A stretch of 64,000 bases of DNA from Chiloscyllium plagiosum (taxonomy: Eukaryota), in the NCBI RefSeq assembly GCF_004010195.1, contig NC_057719.1, positions 7,907,280 through 7,971,279 of the forward strand, in the 5' to 3' direction. Under the pieces are notes generated by a model, which did no database searches, was not told where the DNA came from, and saw only the letters and a list, made by a program, of their open reading frames with translations. The translations under genes were made by a program, and so were the position numbers. The first letter of the stretch is position 1; the number at the start of each line of letters is the position of its first letter. Positions 51,135-62,574 of the stretch are shown here, piece after piece.

Positions 51135-51466
51135 ATTAGATTAGATTCCCTACAATACAGAAACAGGCCCTTCAGCCCAACAAGTCCACACCGACCCTCC
51201 AAAGTGTAATCTATCCAAACTCATTCCCCTACCCTATATTTACCCTTGACGGATGCACCTAACGCTATGGGCAATTTAGCATGGTCAATTCACCTGACCT
51301 ACATATCATTGGATTGTGGGAAGAAATCGGTGCACCCGGAGGAAATCCACGCAGACACGGGGAGAATGTGCAAGCTCCACACAGTCAGTTACCTGAGACG
51401 GGAGTCAAACTCAAATCCCTGGCACTGTGAGGCAGCAGTGCTAACTGCTGAGCCACTGTGCTGCCC
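51135..51466 (-). mobile_element. HE1-type V-SINE, full length
   Basis: A tRNA head, V-domain and (TAGAT)n tail are present, flanked by a short direct repeat acaag (51130-51134 and 51467-51471). Confidence 0.9.
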
Positions 51467-53074
51467 ACAAGGCGATAGAGTGATTGAAAAACTGAGATGA
51501 ATATATTAAAATCAAACCATTACTTTATCAGGGCAAGAATCATTCCATGAAAATGTGTTTCATAAAGTGGTTTTGACAAGCAGAACACAAGCTCCCTTTG
51601 AAAAACATCACAGATGCTATTCTTGAGGTAACTACAGTAAACAGGATTAGCCTTGTACAGATATCAAGGGTATCACAGTGATACAGCATCAATCCTTAGA
51701 TTTTTAGCTGCAAAACAGCTGGTTATCTGATTGCTTACATATTTACTGTACCTTGTATAATGTATAATAAATAGAATACCATGGAGAAGAGATTTTGTTT
51801 AAATAGAATATGGTAGCAGACCCACTTGGTTGGAAATGTGCATCTTGGATTTCTAGTAATTCAGATACATTTGATCACATCAGATGGTGGATTCCCCAAA
51901 GCTCCTGACCTTCTGAGAGCTGAGCAAGGTCTCTCCAATGTAGATAGAACAGTAATAACTTTTTTTTTCTATTTCAACAACACCTTTAACAAAGCAAAAC
52001 ACCCCATTGGAGAGGGAAAGTCATTGATGAAGCAGCTGAAGATTGTTGTGCATCTGCTTTACTCTGAGGAATTCCTGCAGAATTGTACTGGAGCTGAGGT
52101 ATCTGACCTCCAACAACCACAACCATCGTGCTATGTGCCAAGTATACTCCAACCAGCAGCGAGTTTGCTGATACCAATTGATTCCAATTTTGCTTAGTCT
52201 CCTTGATGCTAGACTTGGTCGACTCTCACAGCATCTCTGGAATTCAGCTCTTTTGTCCATGTTTGAACCAAGGCTGTACTGAGGTCAGGAGCTGACTGGC
52301 CCTGGGGGAACCCAAACTGGGCATCACTGAGCAGGTGCTGCTGGATAGCACTGTTGAAGACACCTTCAATCACTTTACTGCTGATCGTGGGTAGGCTGAT
52401 GGGACAGTAAATGGGCTGCTTGTATTTGTCCTGTTTATGTACAGGACATACTTGGGCAGTTTCCTATGTTGTCATGTAAATGTCATTTTTGTAACTGTCC
52501 CGGAAGAGCTCGGCTGGGGGAGCAGCAAGTTCTGGAGTACAAGTCTTCAATACTATTACTGGAATATTGATATAGCCTTTGCAATATCCAGTGCCTCCAA
52601 CTGTTTCTTGATATCATGTGGAGTGAATCGAATTGGCTGAAGACTGGCATGTGTGATGCTGGATACTTGGAGGAAGCCAAGATGGATCATTTACTCGGCA
52701 ATTCTCGCTGAAGGTTCAGCAGTAGGTTTTCTAGCCCATGTTGCCTGAAGCCGTGAGAGTTCATGGGATCTGGAGTCAATGTTGAGACTCCCAGGAAAAC
52801 TCCCTCCTGACTATATACCACCATGGCGCCCTCCTTGCTGGGTGTGTGCTGCCAGTGTGCTAGGGCATATGCAGCAATGGTGATGGTGGTAGCTGGAATA
52901 TTGTCTGTAAGGTATGGTTCTGTGAGTATGACCATGTCAGAGCTTTTGCTTGATTACTCTGAGACAGCTCTCTCAATTTTGGCAGTAGCCTCAGATGCTA
53001 GTAAGGTTGACTTTGCAGGGTTTCTACGGCTGTTTCTGCCACTGTTGGTTCTGGTGCCTAGGTTCAAAACTAGG

Positions 53075-53172
53075 TGTCAAGATTGGAGTGGTGCTAGAAA
53101 GGCACAGCAGGTCGGGCAGCATCTGAGGAGCAGGAAAATCAACATTTTGGGCAAAAACTCTTCATCAGGAAT
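53075..53172 (-). mobile_element. Penelope-like pLTR fragment (family A), decayed
   Basis: The reverse complement reads attcctgatgaagagtttttgcccaaaatgttg...gatgctgcccgacctgctgtg. A similar short piece lies at about 14085-14138. Confidence 0.7.
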
Positions 53173-54569
53173 AATGAAGTTTCATTGATAGTGGGTGATC
53201 CATCTGGTTTCATTTCTTTGATGAGACTTCATAACAATTGATATAACTGAGTGCCTTGGTAGGCCATTTCAGAGGATAGTTGAGAATATACACGTTGCTG
53301 TGGCTCAGGAATCACATAGAGGCCAGATGAGGATGGCTGATTCCTTTCCTGATTGTGAGCCAGACGCGCCCAGAGAAATACATGTGACCAAGCAGTCAAA
53401 AATGAATGATTCCTGTTTCTATAAGCAAATCACAGTTCACTTTCTATTTTTTATTCTGCCGATACTAGTTGTAAATTTGTTCAGTTTTGTCTTCACAGAG
53501 CATTGCTCTGCTTTGAAATCAGTTTTTCAGACCTTGCAGTTGACTTCTGTTTACGTTTTATACTTTGTGTTCTTTCTTCCAATTGTGCATCAGATTGCTT
53601 TAAATAAAAGCCATCTTTTATTTTCAAAATCTTTCCCAGCTTGTGAGCTGGAATGGTTTTTAATCACGTGGCTTTTGTTCTGCAGAAATGTTTTAAGGTT
53701 GTATTGCTTGCAGTTAATTATGGCAAAGTGAGAATTCAAACTTAATTAAGTAATTAGCAATTTCAGGGTTGTGCAAACATCTGCTTGAAGCTGTTAATGG
53801 GTAATAATTAGTAATGCTATCGGAAGGCCTGCTGTTTCAGTCTGTGCTATGGTAATTTCCACATTGCCCAAAATGACCATCTACTTTTTTTTCATCCTCA
53901 CTTATCTATAGAGTGTTTTGCACACTGTAAAATTCTAAAACCAGAAATTATAACGCATTGCTGTCCTGTAACAACAACTTGTATTTCTATTTAATGTAAT
54001 AAAATGTTGTTAAGTGTTTTCACTGGAGAGTTAGCAAGCACCAAATCACATAGGATCTTACACCAAGTGATACAATCCTGAGCAAGGGGGAGTGTGTGTG
54101 TGTTTAGAGGAGTCTTAACCAGGGGAAAGACAGGTAGAGGGAGAGAATTCCAGATTTTAAGGCCCAGAAGGCATAGCTATCAATATGGAGCTCTGTGGTT
54201 TATATCCCAATAGAGATCTCAGTGTAACAATCTCAGTGAGAAGTATTGAGTTATTTATTTTGACCTCCTCCTAAGTTTTCCAGCATCACAGGTACCAGTT
54301 TTGAGTGACATTGATTCAGTCCAGGTGGTATTATGAAATGCCTGAGTGCACTGGACACAGCAAAGGTCCAGAGCCCTAGCACCCATCCAGCTGTAGTATT
54401 GAACTGCCACACCTGAGCCAAGTAGTTCCAGTACATCTGCAACATTTACCTGACAATTTGATAAATTGCCAAGTATGTTCTGTGCATAAGCAGAGGTCCA
54501 GTGTACCCTGGTTGATCAATACTGCATAAGCCTATTGTCATCAGCAACAGTACTATGAAGAAACGTTTA

Positions 54570-55326
54570 CATGACACCAGGGTATAGTCCAACAGGTTTA
54601 TTTGAAATCACAAGCTTTCGAAGCACTGCTCCTTCATTGGATTAAATGAAGAGAAGCACACAGGCATAGAATTTATAGGTAGATCAAAATATCATCCAAA
54701 AGGTGTGAGTGGAGTGTCGACAGGCTTAACAACAAGTGTCTGCCGGTGATCGAAAGTGTCAGACAGTGTGGGTAAAGTGTCAGCAGCTGAATAGCAAGTG
54801 AAGGGATGACCCTTCAATTAATTGAGGCAGAGAGATAATTACATGGAAAAAAAGATAAGATGGTGCTGGAGGCAAACCAAATGCCAGGAGTTACATGATC
54901 GTTATAAGAGTTACTTTGGTTAGGCTCTCGGCAAGTGAGTCTTATATCTATCCTGTTATTCCAGCCATTTGGTTTGTCTGTAGCACAAACATATTTTTAA
55001 TTTTTTTAAATTATCTCTCTGCCTCAATTAATCAGATCATTGGTCATCCATTCACTTGCTACTCAGCTGTTGACACTTTACTCACACAGTTTTGATCACC
55101 TGCAGAGACTTGCTTTCAGCTTGTTGACACCCCATGCACGCCATTTGCACAATCTTTTGATCTCTCTGCTTATAAATTCTGTGCCTGTGTGCTTTTCTTC
55201 ATTTAACCTGATGAAGGAGCACCGCTCCGAAAGCTTCTGATTTCAAATAAACCTGTTGGACTCTAACCTGGTCTAGTGTGACTTTTGACCTTGTCCACCC
55301 CAGTCCAACACCAGCACCTCTGTAAC
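54570..55326 (+). mobile_element. Large Penelope-like pLTR fold-back (family B-related) with about 340-bp diverged arms
   Basis: The arms meet near 54912. TSD-like aagaaacgttta (54558-54569) and aagaaacattta (55327-55338) flank it. A hammerhead core CTGATGA-a-GGAGC-acc-GCTCC-GAAAG-CTT lies at 55208-55236, with a tail ...cagtccaacaccagcacctc. Confidence 0.85.
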
Positions 55327-55622
55327 AAGAAACATTTATTTATCAATGTCGTGTTTGCTGATGCTCAGTTTAGATTGCTTCAAGACCATTTTGTTTCAGA
55401 CCTTGTTATAGTCTTGGTGCAAGGATGGACAAATGAGGTGAAATCCAAAGGTGAGCTGAGAGTCCCTGTCTTCAGTGCAGCACTGTGAGAGGTCTGGCAC
55501 AAGGTGGGGAAAAACCTCTCCATTGGCTGTGATCATACGTAGCACAAAAGAAAGTATATGTGGCTGTTGTCATGCGACTGAGACAGTTACCCTTCAATGT
55601 TGCAAGAGTTTCCTCAGGGTGG

Positions 55623-55847
55623 GTATTTTTTAATCAACTTGTTAAGAGGTGTTATTACCTACCACTGGAGCAGGTGGGACTTGAATCTGGATTCTTGGCT
55701 CAGTGGTAGGATCATTACAACTGTGCCACAAGAGCCCTAAATTCCTCAGGGTAGATATTTTCTATTCACTCTAGAGCCCTGTGGACTTGAATCTGGGCCT
55801 CCTGGATCAGGGGGTGGGGCATTACCACTGCATCACAAGTGCTTCAC
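55623..55847 (-). repeat. Two tandem short tRNA-derived SINE monomers, same family as 9205-9790
   Basis: The reverse complement gives gggctcttgtggcacagttg...gattcaagtcccacctgctccag...gtaataacacc...aagttgattaaaaaat. Confidence 0.78.
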
Positions 55848-56231
55848 TTCTTCAGGATAGTGTTCTAGGTTTAATCATCTTCATCTTCTTTATTGATTAT
55901 CTCCTCGTCACAACGTCAAGTTGAGATGCTCAGTGATGATCGCACAGGACTCAGTGCCATTCATAATTCCTCTGATCCTGAAGGCATCCTGTGTCCAAAT
56001 GCAGGATAGGACTTGGAAATTGTTCAAGCTTAAGCTGTAATATTCACCCTCACACAAGTGCCAGACATTGACCATTTCCAACAAGGGAGAATCTAACCTT
56101 CAACTCATGACATTTCATGACAATATCATTATTGAATGCCCAGCATCAACATCCTAGAGATTATCATCAATCAGAAACAGAAGTGGACTAACCATATAAG
56201 TAATGTGGATGCAAGAGCACATCAGACTTCA

Positions 56232-57187
56232 CAGAATCATAGAATTTCCACAGTGCGGATTCAGGCCATTTGGTCCAATGAAGAGCACCCAACCCAGACC
56301 CATCCCTCCCCTCTCCCTGTAACCCTGCACTTCCTATGATTAATCCACCCAGCCTGCGCATCCCTGGACACATGGACAATTTAGCATGGCTAATCCATCT
56401 AACCTGTACATCTTTGGACTGTGGGAGGAAAACCAGAGCACTCGGACGAAACCCACGCAGACACTTGGAGAATATGCAAACATATGCAAACAGGTAGTCA
56501 TAGAGTCATAGAGATTTACAGCATGGAAACAGACCCTTCGGTCCAACCCATCCATGCTGACCAGATATTCCAACCCAACCTAGTCCTACCTGCCAGCACC
56601 GGCCCATATCCCTCCAAACCCTTCCTATTCATATACCCATCCAAATGCCTCTTAAATGTTGCAATTGTACCAGCCTCCACCACTTCCTTTAGTAGCTCTC
56701 CATATATGTACCACCCTCTGTGTGAAAAAGTTGCCCTTTAGGTCCCTTTTATATCTTTCCCCTCTCACCCTAAACCTATGCCCTCTAGTTCTGGACTCCT
56801 CGACCCCCAGGCAAAAAACTTTGCCTATTTATCCTATCCATGCCCCTCACAATTTTGTAAACCTCTATAAGGTCACCCCTCAGCCTCCGAACCTATGCCC
56901 TCTAGTTCTGGACTCCTCGACCCCAGGGAAAAAACTTTGCCTATTTATCCAACCATGCCCCTCACAATTTTGAAAACCTCTATAAGGTCACCCCTCAGCC
57001 TCCGATGCTCCAGGAAAAACAGCCCCAGCCTATTCAGCCTCTTCCTATAACTCAAATCCTCCAACCCTGGCAACATCCTTGTAAATCTTTTCTGAACCCT
57101 TTCAAGTTGCACAACATCTAGAATGGAATCTGGTTCCCTGGAGTTGTGTGGCAACATTGCTAACCACTGAGCCATTGTGCCACCCGT
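56232..57187 (-). mobile_element. HE1-type SINE (about 56232-56495 and 57120-57187) split by a CR1 3' end (about 56497-57118)
   Basis: The SINE head at 57120-57187 and body at 56232-56490 are separated by LINE sequence that begins with tail tcatagagtcatagag. Confidence 0.85.
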
Positions 57188-57864
57188 TCTGTGGTTTTAA
57201 TTCGCTTCCTGACTCCCCGTAGTCTGTCCATCAGCTACAAAAGACAAGTCAGGAGTGTGATGGAATATTGTTCACTTACCTGGATGAACTGCAGCTCCAG
57301 TAACACTCAGGAAACTCAATGCCATCTGAACATCCAGCAGCCCAGTTGAACAGGACCACATCCATCACCTTGGGACATTTATTCCCTCCTTAGATACAGT
57401 GGCAGTAGTAGATATCATCTACAAAGTGCATTGCAACAAATCATTAAACCTTTAACTATACCTTTTAGACTCATGAGCTCTCGCACTGAGAAGGATAGAG
57501 GGATCTGGGGAGCTGGTGGTGTAGTGGTAACGTCATGGCACTAATGTTCATGGAATGTAGATTCCTATCCCACCATTGCAGATTGTGAAATTTGCTTTCA
57601 ATAAAAATCTGTATTTGAAAGCTGACCTAATGGCAACGGTGTAATCATTGCTGATTGTTATATCTTCCCATTTGATTCACATTGCCCTTCAGGAAAGACA
57701 ATCTGCCATTTTTACCTTGTCTGAATGTGACTCCAGACCACATCAATGTGGTTGACTTTTAGCTACTGAAACACCCCAGCAAGCCGCTGAATTTAACACC
57801 TCTTGGGGATGGGTAATAAATGCTAGCAATGGCCTGATCCTAAGAGAGAATTAAAAAAAAAACT

Positions 57865-58640
57865 GGTTTGTGGAAGTACAGAATCAGAGGGTTGTTGTGG
57901 TAGAGGAGGAGACCATTGCCTCATCATGTCTGCACTATTTCTCTGAGCATTTTGCTTTGTGCTGATCTCCTGCCTTTTTCCCATAGTCCCGTACATTGAT
58001 TCTATTTAAATAATCATTTAACAGCCTCTTAAATGTCTGCACTTAGCCTGTCTGTACTCCACTTCCAGACCCTAACTACCTGCTCTGTGGAAAAGATTTT
58101 CTCCCACGTTCTATTTGCTTATTTTACAAAACACATTAAAATGTGCCCTATGACTTTTGATTCCGTTACAAGCTGGAACTGCTACTCCTCATCTTCTTTG
58201 TCCAGACCCCCGAGCCCCGTGATTTTGAAATGATCTATTAGATCTCCTGTGGTCTTCTCTTCTCCAAAGAACTTCCCAATCGATCCTCATAACTGAAGTT
58301 GCTCATTCTTAGAACCAATTTCTTAAACTGCTTCATCACCCTTTCCATGTTTTCACATCCTTCTTAAAGTGTGGTAGCCAAAACTGTAGACCATTCTCCA
58401 ACTGTGGCCTAATAAATATCCTCCTAAGTTCAGCATAACTTCCCTCCCTTTTGTACTCTTTCCCTTTTTGTGATGCCTATAGCTCCTTTATAAAATGTTT
58501 ATTAATTGCTCTCTCTACCTGTCTAGTCAACTTTAATAACATACATATACACCTAGGTCATTCTGTTTGTGCACACCCTCTAGAATAATACTCTTTATTT
58601 CATATTGTCTCTCTTTGAACTTTGGACCAAAATGTATCCC
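57865..58640 (-). mobile_element. Old CR1-group LINE 3' fragment
   Basis: Degenerate CR1 3' sequence, including tccttcttaaagtgtggtagccaaaactgt (the reverse-complemented EY.VQFW.P region). A similar fragment lies at about 59915-60290. Confidence 0.65.
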
Positions 58641-60491
58641 CACCTTCAAGCTTCCTAAGCCAAGCCACATTATGATTTTGAACTATATTGCTGCATCTCC
58701 ACCGTCGTTAGGTCAAAATCCTGAAACTCTCGGCTGAACAATGCTGTTGGTGTATTGGTTTGCAGTGTAGAGTGATGCTAACAGAGTGGCTCAGTTCGCA
58801 CACTGGCTGAGGTTATCATAAAGGCCTCTCCTCTCAACCTCTTCCCCTTGTCTAAATTCTGGTAACCCTCAGGTTCAACCAACCATCGGTCGTCTCCCTC
58901 TAATGAGAGAGTAACCGTATGGTCTGGTAAGACCATATAGCGATCTTGACCTTTGCTTTATGAGGACTGCAGCAGATTGAGAAGGTGTTTCAGTCCAACC
59001 TTTTCAAGGGCAATTTGGAATGCATAAGGATTGCTGGTCTGGCTGGTGGCACTCCTACCCCCTGAATGAATGAAAAAAAGATTTGAACTCCTTTTGGATA
59101 TTCTCAATCTTAGACTGTTTTTTCCAACTGTTCTTCTGTTCAAGGTGGAGGGAATTTCAGCTGGTCCATGATTATTCAGATTCTACATGATTGAACTAGA
59201 TTTATTTACACAGATTAATGTAGCAAGATACATTTTAGATAGATAAATTTTCAGGCCTAAATGTCTTGGTTGTTAAATCAGTAATGTCCTTGCCAGACGG
59301 TGAAATGAGTTACTTTTCAGTAGTTTTCACCCAGTGTGTGCTTAAGGTCACAATTCCATTCAGAATCACTGTGGATATATATGGATCACAGGCTGAAATA
59401 TAAATTGTTTTGTCAATTTCTTATACAGTATGGAGATATTGATGTTACAGACTTGTTCCTCTGATAATCTCATCATTGGTGCACGTGATCCACACAATGA
59501 TGTTGTCAACTTGTCTGATGCTTTCCTAGTTTCATTAACAGGTTAGCAGCGAGAAAACCTTCTAACCTTAATAAATTAAAACATAACGTATAAATTAAGG
59601 TATTAATTTGAATTGATGCCCAAATCTAGGTTTGCAACGTTCTACATTGACCATGCTGTGAAATTTGTTTGGTTTTTGCTTTTAGTCAGGATGTTGGTTG
59701 AAGGATTAGTTAAGAGAAAATTAGCAAAATTCCAACATAGTGGGTATTCACTATTTAACCAATCGGGATGTCTTGTTCTGCTTCTGAACCTGAAGCTCTG
59801 GGGTCAAATCCCACCCCAAGGTGGGTGACAAAGGAAGATCTGTTCTTAATGCAATCAATCAAGTTGTGTTATCAATCAGCAAACCCTTCCAACATACACC
59901 AGTGGCAGTTAATCATATAAGACCAAAAGAAATAGGGACAGAAGTAGGCCATTAGACCCCTTGAGCCTGCTCCACCATTCAGTAGGATCATGGCTGATCC
60001 AACATTCCTCACATCTACTTACTGCCCCTTCCCCATTACCCTTGATTCCCGACTGATCAAGAATCTATCTCTCTCAGCTTTAAATATACACTAGCTTCCC
60101 CCATAGCTCTTTGTGGCAAGAAGTTCTAATTACACTTTACCCTTTGAGATCCTCCTCATCTCTGTCTTAAATTAGTCTCCCTTACTTCGGAGGCCTCTAG
60201 TTCTAAACTCTATCATGAGGGGAAACATTCTCAGCATTTACACTGTCAACTTCCTAAGAATCTTATACGTTTCAAAGATGTCACCTCGAGAGGGAGAAAT
60301 TAAGAAAATTGTAGACTATACTATTCCTATCTTAAAAAGAAGCACTGATTCTGAACAAACTGCATGTAATGCTTTGTGTTGCTATAGCAACATGAACTCT
60401 GCGAGTAATCTGTAACATTATGCTCCCAACTGGAACTATCTTATGTTCCTGTTCCTTGTGACATCTTAAATTCTTGCTTTTCAAGTGCTAA

Positions 60492-61115
60492 TGTGACAAA
60501 ACTGTGGCTTTAGAGGGGTATTTTGTCCTTTTTTTTTGAAGAGCGGTTTTAAGGCAGAGGTTTGAGCAGTCTACCAGAGCCACTAGAGTAAACAGCTTGT
60601 GAGACCTTCGAGTTTTTTTTAAAGGTTGCACCAATAGAAGCAGCCAGAATGGGTGTGATCGGGCTCCCACAGATCAGGATTTTTAGATCTAGCTTTCAGC
60701 AGTTGCTGTTGGAGTCTTGAAAAAGTGGAAGCTACTTTTTCTCTCTCACAGTTACAGCCAAAAGCTGTGGGTTCTCTTACTGCTATTGGAGTTGCATGGG
60801 AGACAATCTGTTTTCTGAATTTGCATTTGCCAAGGGTATGTTTATGGGATGTTACTATATTGGAACAGTTAATTAGTAATAACTACTTTTTCTAATACTC
60901 TGTTAAACTTTCCAATAGAGTTGTTATTTTAATTCCTTCTTTATCTTGATGTCTTTTAACTGTAATGAATAAAGTGTGTTTTGCTTTAAATCCGGTAGTT
61001 TGACCAATCAATTCACATCTGGAATACAATACCTTACATTTACGTTTAAAATAAGAAAGGTTAGGTCTAGACTATCTTCCAAATATTTTGAGGAGGGTTG
61101 GTCTGGTTCACAACA
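60492..61115 (+). mobile_element. Probable solo LTR (624 bp)
   Basis: It has TG...CA termini with short terminal inverted similarity (tgtgac...cacaaca) and an AATAAA near 60968. The 4-bp flanks ctaa and ctga differ by one base, and there is no coding content. Confidence 0.55.
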
Positions 61116-62574
61116 CTGATTCAGTACTCTTTATAGACAATGCTGCGGTCATTTGTGATCGAGAACTCTGGTTTGATTAAATTTTGTGGAAAGCAAAACT
61201 GGAATTGTCATTTTAATTCTACCAGTGAAAATCCCAAAGGTATGTATTTTTGTTACTAAATTATCAAGCAGTGGGAACTCTTTCAATTGTTAATCTCTGA
61301 ATCTTCATAATTCTGAAAAATTCCCTTTAATTTCCCTGTAACCTCTTTAAGCGGAAAAAGTTCTTGTTTCTTCCTTAGTAACTATAATTGCTCATACTTG
61401 TTGGCAGGGTTTGGTTAGCTCAGTTGGCTGGGTGGCTGGTTTGCAATGCAAGAGTGATGCCAACAGTCACTGGTTCAATTCTGCACTGACTGAGGTCACC
61501 ATGAAGGTCCCACCTCTTGACCTTGTCCCTCACCAGTGGCGATCACCAGTAGTCTCTCTCTCTAATGAAAGAGCAGTTCCACAGCCCTCTGAGACTGTGG
61601 TGATTTTCCCTTTTTTTATACTTGTGTGTTGTAAATGAATAGAAATCAAAAGATGTGCCATCACAGAGCACAATGACATTTTATTAACTTTATTTATCCC
61701 TACCTTGACATTCTAATCCTTAGTTATTCTTTAGCCATGCTTCTATATCTATTTTAATACCACGTGCATTGAGTCCCTGATTTACAAACATCCAACTTAT
61801 GAATACTTATGAAAGCAATCCCATACGTGGTTGTAATGTTAAAGACCTGACAAACAACAATTTCCATATTTACAAACAGCTATTTTTCCATTATCCTGTA
61901 TTGTGCTCTGACTTGTGGACAAATCAACTTGCAAACGGACTCCAGAACAGAACCTGTTCGCAACCTGGGACTGCCTGTACCGTAATATTTGAAATGTCTG
62001 TTGTAGAACATCACTTCAAACTTTTTCTAAAAATCAACTTATTCAATTCTCAACTTTGATATATTCTGTGGTTTCCATAAAAGTAATTAATTAAACTAGT
62101 CAAGTGTGGCCTTCTTCTGACCAATTTGTGCTGGCTATCTCTGAAAGCTAATCCACATTCAGGTAAGATTGATCATCTTTTAATTTCTGTTTTCTCTTTT
62201 TAAACATTTATGGGCAGTATTGTAACAGTTGAAACAATAACTCTAAGAATTTTGGCAAATTCTGATTAGTTCCTTCCCTTGTTTCTTCCTTGATCTCTTT
62301 CCCTAATTTTGGATGTACACCATATGGGAAAGGTAATTCTTTAGCTCCCACTAATTTTTATGAATTTCTCTGGTTGTGGCTTTACCAAACCCTCTTTAGG
62401 TACTCCTGCAGTCATAGTTCCATGCTCCTTTGTAAAAGAAAATCTGTAAATTATTAAACTTCATTGCCATTCCCTTAATCTCAGTTACCTGATGGGGGTC
62501 TCATTGCTGTTCCCATAGAATTGATGATTTGACTTTTGAGATTAGTGTGAACATTTACTTCCAGTAACTATCTT

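Larger units (their letters stand above)
54250..57500 (+). mobile_element. Old L2/Crack-like LINE, heavily nested (hosts a PLE fold-back, short SINEs, HE1 and CR1)
   Basis: Plus-strand pieces at about 54250-54557, 55340-55620, 55850-56230 and 57190-57500 are collinear with the family at 48888-49695, for example INILEIIINQKQKWTNHI. Confidence 0.7.

Noticed and set aside
53300..53731. 143-aa hydrophobic ORF
   Set aside because: It starts inside a SINE remnant, and its hydrophobicity reflects T-rich DNA. There is no other coding signal.
62100..62168. Strong donor-like CAG|gtaaga at about 62162
   Set aside because: I found no matching acceptor or CEP128-like reading frame upstream.
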